From positions 44,086-108,085 of IMG/VR virus record IMGVR_UViG_3300013132_000031: DNA of 64,000 nucleotides; one strand, written 5' to 3'. This stretch comes from a virus. Below the pieces are notes generated by a model. That model searched no databases. It was not told the origin of the DNA and worked only from the letters and a program-made list of their open reading frames with translations. The position numbers and the translations under genes are program-made. Positions 8,922-19,800 of this stretch are shown here, in pieces. The stretch's first letter is position 1. Every line of letters begins with the position of its first letter.

Positions 8922-11900
8922 CTTTCTTGGAATTGCAACTGCACTTCGCCAACTGGAGTGACGCTGGTTGTCAACGCTGTGATGGTCACTGCCAACACTT
9001 CGGGACCATTGGGATAGGTACCTATGCCAGGAACAGCACTGGTTCCAATCTGCTTGACGTTGGTCAAGTCCAGCACCCCAGAATTGGTTGTTGAAATAGG
9101 TATGGCAAACAGTCGTTCGCCTCCTGAAATTTCTGCTGAAATATTTTGCACAATCAATGACATATCATTTGCAGGGGTAGAACCACCTATCACATTGCCA
9201 AGGATCTTCAGTGTATCGCCCACCGCATAGCCTGTTCCTGGATTTTGAATCTGTATGGCTGTGGTGGTAATTCCATAGGAGGTGCCTGTTCGTGTCAACT
9301 GCACAGTAAGGTTGGCTCCTGTGCCTGCACTGGATACCACAACTGGAGTCAAGTTAGCAAAACTCTGATTTGAACTGAATGTAACCTTGGTGCCTGTGCG
9401 AGTAAAACCGCCTGTAGTACTCAATGGTGCAGATTGCACACCGCCAGTACTGACACCTGAGAAAACTGGCGCTGTGGAAAACTGTGTAAAGCTGGGCTGG
9501 AAACCACCGCCTGCATTGTTTAGTCCTGCCCATACAGTGTTGGCTGAGTCAATGTTGTTGGGATTCAAGATACCAGCTACCAAGAATCTACCAGCAGTGA
9601 TGTTGACAGTAATATTTACTAGTGTCAACTGTGCTCGATTTATAAGATCTTTAATGCCTAGATTTCCAATCACGCCATTGCTGACACTGGGGCTGAGACG
9701 CATAGCAAACGCCACTTGTTGTGCGCCCACTGTGGCAGGGAGGCCATAATTGGTGCGGTTGAACTGGAAGCTGTAGCCTTCGTCGCCGTCAAAGTTGCCG
9801 TCCATGATAATGGCTGAACCCCAGTGATTTACCAAGGGTGTACAGGTGTTGCTGATCAAAATCACACCGGTGTTGATGGCATGTGTGGCAGCCGCTGAGC
9901 TGGTGTAACTGCGACTTTGTCCTTCTTGCCATTGAACAAACGTTGCAGCTCTAGTACATCCAGTCAAATTGTTGCCTGCTTTGCCAGAATATTTTATAAC
10001 TTCACTGTCAATCATCACAAACACTGGATAAGTCACTGACGCTGAGGGATAATCTGTAGCGTCTACTAGAGTAATTGTGGTCTGGCTGGCGTCAATAGCA
10101 CTGGCAAGACTGCTGTTGGGTGTTTCATTGATGGCTTCATAACGTGCTGGCAAGTTACCTGAACGCATGAATGCTTCGTTGTTAAAGTTGTTGTTGGGAC
10201 GACGATGTGCATGAATAAATCTACCATCTTGACCACGTACCATCCACGTTATATAACCCGCACCGTACCATGAATATTCAATACCCAACATCTGCATTTT
10301 GGTGGCGTTGATGGTGTATCCTGATTGACCTGTTCCGTCTATCTTGTCTATGTTGAAACTGGATTGTCTCACACGTAATTCAGTACGCAAACACATTTTT
10401 ACACGACTTTGATTGCTGACTCCGCGAAACGGAGGAATCACTGTCATTCTGTTGTTGTTCAGAATGCTGGTAACATAGTGTGACATACCTTTGATAATGA
10501 CCAAATCACCAGTGTTGATTTGATCTTCAAATCTACAAGTTCCATCTCCTGTGACAAGATTAGATCCTACCCCTACACTGACCAGGCCAGACAACTGATT
10601 GGTTGAAGTACGCAGAACTGCGTTCAAACTTTGCCCGTCATGTTCCCAAAACATGCCGTTTTGGTCGTCAAACATGCCGGCACGAATACTGGCACCATGC
10701 CAACTTGATACGTTGATTCTTGGTTGTTGACCCAGTGTGGGAGTAGCACTGCCCAAGATAGCAATTGCATTTACTGTGAAAGAGGTGTCGCTGACAATGG
10801 CAGTGACAGTGTAGCCAGATTGGTCGTAGCCCGATGTGGTAATTCCACTGAGTACAATCACTGCTCCAGCATTGAGACCGTGTTCAAGATCAGTTGTGAT
10901 GGTTATGGCAGATCCTGCTGCGGTTCCTGCTGCGGTCACTGCTGTCACATCCAGGGTTGGCTGTAGCATGGTACCTGAGGTAAACAACAGGCCTTTACCT
11001 GATTGGTAACGGAAATATTTTTTTGTTTGTCGCACAGCACTGGCACCACGAGTGGGATTACCAGGACCAATGATCACACCACCGTCAAACGGTCTGGGCA
11101 AAAAGCTGGCATTGCTGCGTATGTTGATTTGTCCCACTGCTGGGCTAACAACTATTGCACCGGCTTTGGCGGTGTATTGGAATGTGGTAGTACTGGGAAT
11201 AGCAGTGACAATAAACGAACCTTCAGCATAAGACTGGTTGGTTCCTGCACTGAGAACACAAAGAATAGGAGTGCCTGGAACCAGGCCGTGGGCAAACGTT
11301 GTGGTCACTGTGATAATACTGGGGTTGCCGCCATCGCTGGCCATGGAAATCACATCAAGGTCAGCACCGGTGTAAGGGAAGGCCTGACGCACAGTGCTGT
11401 CAGTTTGATTGAGTGGGTATCCCACCGCCACACCAGGGTTGCGTCTTGGGTAAAAGCTAAAATTGTTGGTTTCTGCAAAGTTGACCAAGCTCGTACCCTC
11501 AGCATTGCTGAGCACAGTGTTCAAAACACTGACATAATTGTCTGTGACCAAGGCACTGTCTGTATAGTTTACTGCCACTTCAGGAATGTTAGAGTTGCCA
11601 GTGGCATTGAAAATACCAGTCATGCGAATGAACGGTGATCCGACCCCGGCACCAGTGAGTATGGTGCTGTTGAATTGTCCACGGGTGATAACCTGACTGC
11701 CGTTGACTGCGGTGCTAACTGTGGTGTGTTTGACCAGTTCAACATTGCCGCTGAGTCTTTGAAACACGGAACCTGTGGCGTATGAATTGGCCGCTGAAAT
11801 ATTGTACCAGCCACGATTGAGTTGCAGAGTAGTGGCATCAGTGACTTCTTGAACCTGTGCAATTTCTAAGGTATTGACTGCATAGATGTTGGCACCAATT

Positions 11901-12874
11901 ATGATGTTGGCTGCCCCAGAATTGGTACCATTGCTTTGACGCACCACTGTGAGTGCATTGGCGGCCACACTGGTCACAGCCATGACTTCATACACGTTGT
12001 TGGTGATGGTTTCAGCAATTACATAAATGCCAGCTCCAGCCACTATTGTTGCAGCGTTGGCCACGTTCACAGTGGTGGTAGCATTGCTGGTAATGTTGGC
12101 CACTGCAATGGTAGTACCGCCTGAGGTGGGACGACCAATCAATAAAATATTGTCCAGTGCTGTAACGCCAGTGGTTGATGCCACAGTGAATGTGCGTTCA
12201 GCTGAACTGGCCACTGCAGAAGTAAGGTGACTGGTCACAAAAGGCGCAACGTTGCCTTGTGTTTGACTGATCATCAATGCAAAGTCATTGGCTAGCCAAG
12301 GTGCTGTGCCTTGGTTGCTCAAGCGCACCGCAGTGTCCACGTTACTGGCAATAAAATCAGTACTGGCCAACAATGTTGCGTATCCGTTGGTGTTGTACAC
12401 CAAATCTGCACCAATGTCTTCGAAAAAACCTGGAACATAATTTATCAAGCTGACGTTTTGCCATTTGGTATTTTGCAAGCCGTATTCAAAGTCAGCGTCA
12501 ATCAAACTTTCTGGTTGACCCACACGAGCTCGACCAATTGCATCTTCACCGAATGACCAAGGCTGTGAGGTCAGGCCGTTGTAGTCTTCTACATATATGG
12601 CCAGGTCGTCTGAGCTGCTCAGTGACGAAGTATCAGCGTACAACGACAGTGTGGTCACTCCAGCATAGGCTGCAGGGAAAGTTGCAGTGGTTCCTGCTGC
12701 CCATGTGACAGAACCGCCCAATGTGGGCTCGGCAAAATTGTAGATATTTTGATCAGCAGTTGTATCATACACAGCAAGAAAATCTGCCAGGTTGTAACGA
12801 TTTGGCACTTGGATAGTGCCCAGTCCGCTGGTACCTGGTGTGAACGAATATTCGTATAATCTTTTTCTAGCCAT
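8912..12874 (-). CDS. Large beta-rich virion structural/fibre protein
   Basis: 1320 aa, G/T/S/A/V-rich; repeated ITVTT..AHGL..G modules; QTKKYFRYQSGKG motif typical of T4-like structural proteins; last gene of the fibre operon. Confidence 0.7.
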   Translation of the reverse strand: MARKRLYEYSFTPGTSGLGTIQVPNRYNLADFLAVYDTTADQNIYNFAEPTLGGSVTWAAGTTATFPAAYAGVTTLSLYADTSSLSSSDDLAIYVEDYNGLTSQPWSFGEDAIGRARVGQPESLIDADFEYGLQNTKWQNVSLINYVPGFFEDIGADLVYNTNGYATLLASTDFIASNVDTAVRLSNQGTAPWLANDFALMISQTQGNVAPFVTSHLTSAVASSAERTFTVASTTGVTALDNILLIGRPTSGGTTIAVANITSNATTTVNVANAATIVAGAGIYVIAETITNNVYEVMAVTSVAANALTVVRQSNGTNSGAANIIIGANIYAVNTLEIAQVQEVTDATTLQLNRGWYNISAANSYATGSVFQRLSGNVELVKHTTVSTAVNGSQVITRGQFNSTILTGAGVGSPFIRMTGIFNATGNSNIPEVAVNYTDSALVTDNYVSVLNTVLSNAEGTSLVNFAETNNFSFYPRRNPGVAVGYPLNQTDSTVRQAFPYTGADLDVISMASDGGNPSIITVTTTFAHGLVPGTPILCVLSAGTNQSYAEGSFIVTAIPSTTTFQYTAKAGAIVVSPAVGQINIRSNASFLPRPFDGGVIIGPGNPTRGASAVRQTKKYFRYQSGKGLLFTSGTMLQPTLDVTAVTAAGTAAGSAITITTDLEHGLNAGAVIVLSGITTSGYDQSGYTVTAIVSDTSFTVNAIAILGSATPTLGQQPRINVSSWHGASIRAGMFDDQNGMFWEHDGQSLNAVLRTSTNQLSGLVSVGVGSNLVTGDGTCRFEDQINTGDLVIIKGMSHYVTSILNNNRMTVIPPFRGVSNQSRVKMCLRTELRVRQSSFNIDKIDGTGQSGYTINATKMQMLGIEYSWYGAGYITWMVRGQDGRFIHAHRRPNNNFNNEAFMRSGNLPARYEAINETPNSSLASAIDASQTTITLVDATDYPSASVTYPVFVMIDSEVIKYSGKAGNNLTGCTRAATFVQWQEGQSRSYTSSAAATHAINTGVILISNTCTPLVNHWGSAIIMDGNFDGDEGYSFQFNRTNYGLPATVGAQQVAFAMRLSPSVSNGVIGNLGIKDLINRAQLTLVNITVNITAGRFLVAGILNPNNIDSANTVWAGLNNAGGGFQPSFTQFSTAPVFSGVSTGGVQSAPLSTTGGFTRTGTKVTFSSNQSFANLTPVVVSSAGTGANLTVQLTRTGTSYGITTTAIQIQNPGTGYAVGDTLKILGNVIGGSTPANDMSLIVQNISAEISGGERLFAIPISTTNSGVLDLTNVKQIGTSAVPGIGTYPNGPEVLAVTITALTTSVTPVGEVQLQFQESQA

Positions 12875-12876
12875 TG

Positions 12877-13269
12877 TTAAACTCCAAAAATAATCTGATT
12901 AGCAGTCAATCTTGCCTGAGTAATACTGCTAAACTTGTTGTAACTGATGGTGCCCACAGCAATCTTGCTGTCTGTAACTGTGCCATCACTGGGTGTGCCT
13001 GTATATAGTGTGTCTCCAAATATCAACGCAAAGAAAGGAGTCAATGCCGCAGGTGCCACTGCAAAACTCAGGTCAGCTGCTGATATTGAAAAATTGATAC
13101 CAGGATTTTGTGGCACGCCGTTCAGTACCACCAGCATGGCAAACGCAGTTGAGGGTGTGACACTGACCCCATCAATGGTCATGGCAAACGTGGTCTGCAC
13201 ACCATTGAACACAAGATTGTCCAACTTTCGATACTGGCCAATTGGTGGCTGATTTCCCAAATAACTCAT
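12877..13269 (-). CDS. Small virion fibre-associated/adaptor protein
   Basis: MSYLGNQP N-terminus, VVLNGVPQNP, PSDGTVT; coupled within the operon. Confidence 0.65.
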   Translation of the reverse strand: MSYLGNQPPIGQYRKLDNLVFNGVQTTFAMTIDGVSVTPSTAFAMLVVLNGVPQNPGINFSISAADLSFAVAPAALTPFFALIFGDTLYTGTPSDGTVTDSKIAVGTISYNKFSSITQARLTANQIIFGV

Positions 13270-16200
13270 TATAGTCTTCCCACAACAATTTCAATCATGC
13301 CTGAACCGCCTGGATGATCTTGTGCGGCTTTACCAATCACACTTCCCATTCGGGGTTCAGCACAGGCCTGCGCCACACCGCCGCCGGCAGTGACCATCAT
13401 GTCACCTTTGCGTACGACTCCTATCACTGAAGTTGGCACACGACCAGTCAGTGCAAGAGCCGCGGTGTGAGCACTTTGCAAAGTGCTGTTCATCAAGTGA
13501 GCAGGGTTGGTACTGACCACTCCAGCCACTCGCACACTGTTGATACCAATGCTCAATGTGACTTCATTGGCACCGCCAAAATCCAATACTGTTCCTGGTG
13601 CATATTCTGCGTCCGCAGCATACAGCTCGGCCAAGTCAGCGTACTCTGCTGTGGTTGCTTTGGCAAACACTGTGTTAAAACCAGTTGTGCTGGTTCCAAT
13701 ATTGCCCACACCGTTGGTGCCGCCATTTACAATGGCCGTGACTGCATTACCGCTGTTCACTGTGATTGCGCCGCTGACTGCCAGTGCGGTGAGTGTGCCC
13801 AGTGATGTGACATTGGTCTGTGCGGCTGTGGCCAAAGTGCCGGTTAAGTTGGTAGCTGTGACATTGCCACCTGTGATCAAGCCTGTAACTGAAACTGTGG
13901 TGCCTGTGTGTGTGGTGGCATTGACATTGGCACCACCTAATACATTGCCACCAATAATATTGCCTACTGCACTGATCAAATCAGCAGAATTAATATTGCC
14001 GCCAGTGACATTGCCAGTCACATTCAAGCTACTGATCACATTGCTGGTCAAGCTCAATCCAGCTGCATTGAGGTTTCCTGCAACAACATTGCCTGTGGCA
14101 CTGAGTGTGGCAGCTTGTAATAAATTGGCAGTGACCAAATTGCCAGCAATCACATTGCCAGCAGATGTTATGTTGCCAGTGGCTGTGATCAGCCCGGCTG
14201 TTTGAATATTGCCGCCAGTGACATTGCCAGTGGCACTGATCAAGCCGCCTGTCCGCACGTTGCCACCAGTGATGTTGCCTGCGGCACTGTAACTACCTGC
14301 GGTACTTGCACCTGTGGTGCTGCTGGTTCCTGTAGAGATCAAATTACTACCTGTGACATTGCCTACGGAATATACCTCCGAGTATGCATAGAGGGTGCTG
14401 CCAATTACAAATCCTGTAGCTGATACTTGTCCAAGAGTGCGAAAATTGCCACCAGTGATGTTGCCACCTACACTCAGTGCTGATCCACCAGTGTTGGCAA
14501 CAACCACTTTGGTGGCGGTGTTGAATGTTGCTGTGCCTGCTGCTGTGGTTGCTGTCACAGGACCAATGCCAATCAATGTAGTTGAGCCAGCAGCACCGCC
14601 AACACCAATGTGAACGCTCTTTGTGCTGCCCGAACTGGCCACACCGTTACCAATGCCCACAGTCTGACTGCCTGTGCTTTGCCCAATTAAAATTGTTCCA
14701 GTCTGTGCTGTGCCACCTACTGTGGTTGTGCCTGTGGTCTGACTGGTTCCAATGTCGATATTTTGTGTGGTACCTGAGAATGTGACTGTGCCAGTTGCAC
14801 TGAGATTGGCCGCATTTGTGGTACCTGCAATGGTGGCACCCAGCGGGCTGAACACTGCTATATTGGCCACTCCGTTCACTGTCACGGCCACATTGCCAGC
14901 TGAACTGACCACTCGCACATTGCTGTTGCCAAACTGTATGCTGGTAGCATCAATGCCTGTGAGTGCAGCACCGTTGCCTATGAAATAAGGTGCAAGTATG
15001 TTGCCTGTGGCTGACATGATGCCAGAACTCAACACATTACCAGCTATGACATTACCAGTGACACTGGCATCAAGGGGCACATTCAAATTGGCAGACAGAT
15101 TGAAATTGGCACCAAATATATCGCCGGCTGCTGACACAAAACCGTTGGTTTTTATGTTGAGACCAGTGACATTTCCGCCTGTGCTCACAGCCGAGGTACC
15201 TATGATGTTGCCACCGGTGATGTTGCCTGCGGCACTGATCAATCCGGTGATCAGTGCATTGCCTGCTGAAACATTGCCTGAGACCGTGGTTATGTTGCCA
15301 GCGGCACTGATAATATTGCCTGCGTTTACATTGCCTGCCACAATGTTGCCAGTGATGCTGGCAGTGGTTGATCCAGATATGGCCCCAGTCACTGCCAGGC
15401 CGCTGCTGGACACAGTCACAATGTTCACGTTGTTAACATTGCTGAGAATGTTGCCGTTTATGGTTGGTATATTCACAGCAGAATTGCTGTTGAATATGGT
15501 GGTGGTCAACTGTGCAATTCCGGAGAGTTGACTACCATTACCGGTAAAAAATGCAGCCTCCACATTGCCAGTGGCGCTGACATTGGCCAACACTAGATCT
15601 GTCAGTTGAAAACTGGGATCAGTGGTATCAACCACTGTGGTGGGTTCTGTCAGTAGATTGGTAAACAACTTGTATTTGGCATCAGTTACATCTCTAAACA
15701 AGCCGTTGTATCTGGTATTGGCACCATCATAGTACTGTGCCACTAGACCTGTGTCAAATGTGTCTCCAGGATTGTTTGCAGCCAAAAAGATAAATGGATC
15801 TGCCACTGCAAGACTGTCTACACCAGTGGTGGTAAAGTTGCCATTGACCACAAAGTCGCCCACGCAAGTTAAGCCTCCACCCACATTGATATTGCCTACT
15901 ACGCCTACGCCACCGGCTACCAACAATGCACCACTGGTAATGCTGGTGCTGTTGCTGGTACTGCCTACTACAACTTGTCCGCCAGCGTATAAGTTACCAG
16001 TTATGCCAGCACCGCCAGTGACTCGCAAGGCTCCTGTAGTGCTGCTGCTGGCGTTGATGTTGGCGCTGAATGTGGCACGATTGGCTCCTGCTGTGGTCAC
16101 TATCACTGTTTGTGCATCAGACCAATACAGTCCCGAATTGTTGGCAGCTACTGAGTACACACTGGGCGCACCCACTGTGCCTGCGCCAAACGCATTGGCT

Positions 16201-16475
16201 GCTTGTAGATCCAAGCTGTTGAGCGCACCAGCACGATATGTTACCGCAATGTTGTCGCTGCCAGAAGCAGGTGGAGTGGTGAATATCAGTACAACATTGC
16301 CTGCTATGTAATCAGTGAATGGTACTTTTAATACATTGCCCACAATTACATCAAGGTCACTGGCTGACGCTACACTTCTATTGAGGTTGAACTGTGTGGC
16401 CACTGAATTGCCACTGAAAAACTGTGTGCTAGTATTCAGCAGTGTTTGCTGAGGATTAAGACCAATATAACTCAT
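13269..16475 (-). CDS. Beta-solenoid tail fibre with C-terminal autoproteolytic chaperone (peptidase G2/IMC-like) domain
   Basis: ~17-aa GNITGGN repeats; C-terminal YADLAE...AGVVSTNPA...LTGRVP...KGD...IGKA. Confidence 0.75.
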   Translation of the reverse strand: MSYIGLNPQQTLLNTSTQFFSGNSVATQFNLNRSVASASDLDVIVGNVLKVPFTDYIAGNVVLIFTTPPASGSDNIAVTYRAGALNSLDLQAANAFGAGTVGAPSVYSVAANNSGLYWSDAQTVIVTTAGANRATFSANINASSSTTGALRVTGGAGITGNLYAGGQVVVGSTSNSTSITSGALLVAGGVGVVGNINVGGGLTCVGDFVVNGNFTTTGVDSLAVADPFIFLAANNPGDTFDTGLVAQYYDGANTRYNGLFRDVTDAKYKLFTNLLTEPTTVVDTTDPSFQLTDLVLANVSATGNVEAAFFTGNGSQLSGIAQLTTTIFNSNSAVNIPTINGNILSNVNNVNIVTVSSSGLAVTGAISGSTTASITGNIVAGNVNAGNIISAAGNITTVSGNVSAGNALITGLISAAGNITGGNIIGTSAVSTGGNVTGLNIKTNGFVSAAGDIFGANFNLSANLNVPLDASVTGNVIAGNVLSSGIMSATGNILAPYFIGNGAALTGIDATSIQFGNSNVRVVSSAGNVAVTVNGVANIAVFSPLGATIAGTTNAANLSATGTVTFSGTTQNIDIGTSQTTGTTTVGGTAQTGTILIGQSTGSQTVGIGNGVASSGSTKSVHIGVGGAAGSTTLIGIGPVTATTAAGTATFNTATKVVVANTGGSALSVGGNITGGNFRTLGQVSATGFVIGSTLYAYSEVYSVGNVTGSNLISTGTSSTTGASTAGSYSAAGNITGGNVRTGGLISATGNVTGGNIQTAGLITATGNITSAGNVIAGNLVTANLLQAATLSATGNVVAGNLNAAGLSLTSNVISSLNVTGNVTGGNINSADLISAVGNIIGGNVLGGANVNATTHTGTTVSVTGLITGGNVTATNLTGTLATAAQTNVTSLGTLTALAVSGAITVNSGNAVTAIVNGGTNGVGNIGTSTTGFNTVFAKATTAEYADLAELYAADAEYAPGTVLDFGGANEVTLSIGINSVRVAGVVSTNPAHLMNSTLQSAHTAALALTGRVPTSVIGVVRKGDMMVTAGGGVAQACAEPRMGSVIGKAAQDHPGGSGMIEIVVGRL

Positions 16476-16807
16476 TAGGTAATTTCCAATATGCTCATCA
16501 CGGTATCAATGCTGGTACCTGCGCTGCTTTGAACGTACATTGTGTCGCCAGTTATCAGTACCAATTTCTGATCCCCACCGCCCACTACCAAACTGGAACC
16601 AGCCGGCACTGGACCTCTAGCAATTATGTAAGTGTTGGCCACCCCGTTGTTGATAAACACATTGGCTGTGATAGCACTGCTGGTGGTGTTGGTCACGCTG
16701 AGACCAACCACTATGGTTTTGGTGCTGGCTGGCACCGTGTATGCGCCCACTGGATCAGCCGTAGTACCAGTGTTTTGTTGTAGTTTTCTCGTGAAGGTAT
16801 TTGCCAT
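16475..16807 (-). CDS. Small virion fibre adaptor protein
   Basis: MANTF...YTVPA...VPAGSSL...MSILEIT; directly follows a fibre ending in IALSIALG. Confidence 0.65.
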   Translation of the reverse strand: MANTFTRKLQQNTGTTADPVGAYTVPASTKTIVVGLSVTNTTSSAITANVFINNGVANTYIIARGPVPAGSSLVVGGGDQKLVLITGDTMYVQSSAGTSIDTVMSILEIT

Positions 16808-16810
16808 TTT

Positions 16811-19800
16811 TTATCCTAATGCTATTGATAATGCTATTGCATCATCCACAGTGGCTGCCACTGCTCCTGCAATATTTATGGAGGTTGTGGCTGCGATGTT
16901 GTTGGCTGTGATGTTGCCTGTGGTAGTGATGTTGGTGGTCATGTTCAGCGCACTAAGCACATTTCCACTCAAACTCAATCCTGCAGCCCGTAAATTGCCA
17001 CCAGTGATATTGCCAGTGGCCGAAATTGCCCCATTGGATATGACGTTTCCGCCAGTAATATTGCCAGTTACACTGATTGCAACACCCTGCAATTGACTTG
17101 TGGCATTGATCACACTGCCAACTATGTTGCCAGTGGCTGTGATAGAACCTGCTGTGTTGATATTGCCACCAGTGATGTTGCCGGTGGCTGTGATTAATCC
17201 TGCTGTGCTAACATTGCCACCTATAACATTGCCTGTGGCACTGATTGTTAATCCTTCAACCAGTGCGCTTGTTATGATGTTGCCGCCTGTTACATTTCCT
17301 GTGGCTGTGACCAGCCCCGCAGTTTGAATGTTACCGCCGGTGATGTTGCCTGTGGCACTGACTGTGCCAGACTGCATCAAGGCAGCAGTGACTAGATTTC
17401 CACCTGTGACATTGCCAGTTGCTGTAATCAGTCCAGCTGTGACAATATTGCCGCCTACAATGTTTCCTGTGGCAACGACTTCACTTGCAGCATTTAAATT
17501 TCCACCGGTGATGTTGCCCACAGCAGTGATCAAACCTCCAGTTACCAAATTGGCACCAACTATGTTGCCTGCTGACGACAGCAGTGTGGTAGCCAATATA
17601 TTGCCGCCATCAATATTGCCAATCACTGTGCTGATATTGCCTGTTACTGTGGTTTTACCAGCCACAGTCAAATCTCCACCGCTGGTTGTGGTTATTGCAC
17701 CAGCTATGGTCAATGCATTGGCTGCGTAGTCAAATACCAATCCAGCGCCGCTGCCAATGGATCCCAACTGGTTATACAACACTTGACTGTTGGCGCCAGT
17801 GAGAGTCAAACTGCCAGTTACGTTACCAATAAATGTATGAGCCTGAATATTACCTGATGAAAAGATATTTCCAGTAGCACTGATTATACCATTGGTCAGT
17901 ACATTGCCTGTCACACTAACTTGACCTGCAGTGACTATGTTACCACCAGTTACATTGCCTGTGGCGCTGACTTGTCCTGCTGTTAAAAAATTTGCACCAG
18001 TGACATTGGCTGCGGCAGTGATTTGCCCCAATGTACTGATGTTTCCGCCAATCACATTGCCTGTGGCATTTACAATTGCTGCAGATACATTGGCCACGGC
18101 CGACACATTGCCACCAGTGATGTTGCCAGTAGCAGTGATTGTGGCAGTGCTTACTGAATCAGAACTCACAGCAAGAACAGCTACTAAGTTCCCGCCAGTG
18201 ATGTTGCCTGTGGCACTGACTTGGCCTGCTGTACGCACATTGCCTGATTGAGTGTTGCCAGTTATGCTAATGCTGGACAGCACTCCCACATTCACAGCCG
18301 TGACATTGGTAACCAATGTGCCATTGCCGATCAAATTGTTGCCAGTGATATCAGCTGACGTGGTAATGTTGTTGGTTGAATTCAACACACTCAATACATT
18401 GCCAGTGAGACTGAGATTGGCTGCATTCACTGCGTTGGCTGCCACGTTGCCTGTGGCACTCACAATGCCTGCAGTGATTATGTTGCCGCCAATCACGTTG
18501 CCCACTGCTGTGACTCGATCAGTTGCAACTAAATTTGCGCTGGTGATATTGCCAGTGGCAGATATTGATGCCACTGCAATTGTACCTGTTGTGATCAAAT
18601 TACCGCCAGTGATGTTGCCAGTGGCCACCATGGACGCTGCTGACACTGCTGATATTGCTATCACATTGCTGCCAGTGATGTTGCCTGTGGCTGTGACCAG
18701 GCCTGTGGTGATCAAATTGCCACCAACAATGTTGCCAATCACAACTCCAAATGCTGCACTCAACGCAGCGCCAGTTATCAAATTCCCACCAGAGACATTG
18801 CCAGCGGCTGCTACAAATCCTCCAGTGGTGATATTGCCAGCCAGTAATGCTCCTGTAGCAGACATTGATGCAGCTGAAACTGCTCCTGATATCACTGCAT
18901 TGCCGCCAGTGACATTGCCACTCACTGACGCAGACTGTGCATAAATTCCTAGATTGGCATTGACGTTGGAACCACTAACATTGCCGGTCATTAAAGTAGA
19001 AGTGCCAGTGAAGAACTGTGCGTTTATAGTGTCAGCTGCTATTACGTTGCTGCCGCTGATGTTGCCTGATACTGACACTGTAAACCCAGTGTGTGTGACA
19101 GCATTGACATTGGCTCCGCCTTGAATGTTACCACCAATGATGTTGCCCACTGCTGAGATCAAGCCTGCTGTGCGCAAATTTCCACTGTTGACGTTGCCTG
19201 TAGCACTGACTGCCGCAGCTGACACAAGAGATACAGCTATCACATTGCCGCCTGTGACATTGCCTGCAGCCGAAATCAATCCTGCTGTCAAAATATTGTC
19301 GCCAGTGATGTTGGCTCCAGTAATTGCGCCTGTAGCCGAGATAATACCACCAGTAAGCACATTGCCACCGGTAATAGTTCCTGTGGCTGTTATTAGTCCA
19401 GCAGTGCGAACATTGCCACCAGTGACGTTGCCTGTGGCGCTGACGGCTGCATAGCTGTTGACGTTGCCGCCTATGACATTGCCACTGGCACTCAAAGATA
19501 CCGAAACCACCAACACATTGGCTTGAATGTAATTGGTAACAAAATTGTTGGCACCAGTGATGTCATTGATCACAGCCAAGTTGTTGCTGACTATGTTGCC
19601 TGTGACATTCAACGGAGTCAACACATTGCCCGACAGGCTCAATCCTGTGGCTTGCAAATTTCCGCCAGTGATATTGCCTACGGCGCTTATTTGTCCCAGT
19701 GAATTGAGATTACCGCTTGTAACATTGCCAGTCACACTCAAACTGGGCAACACTCCCACATTGGTAGCCACCACACCAGACAGTTGTGAACCGTCACCAA

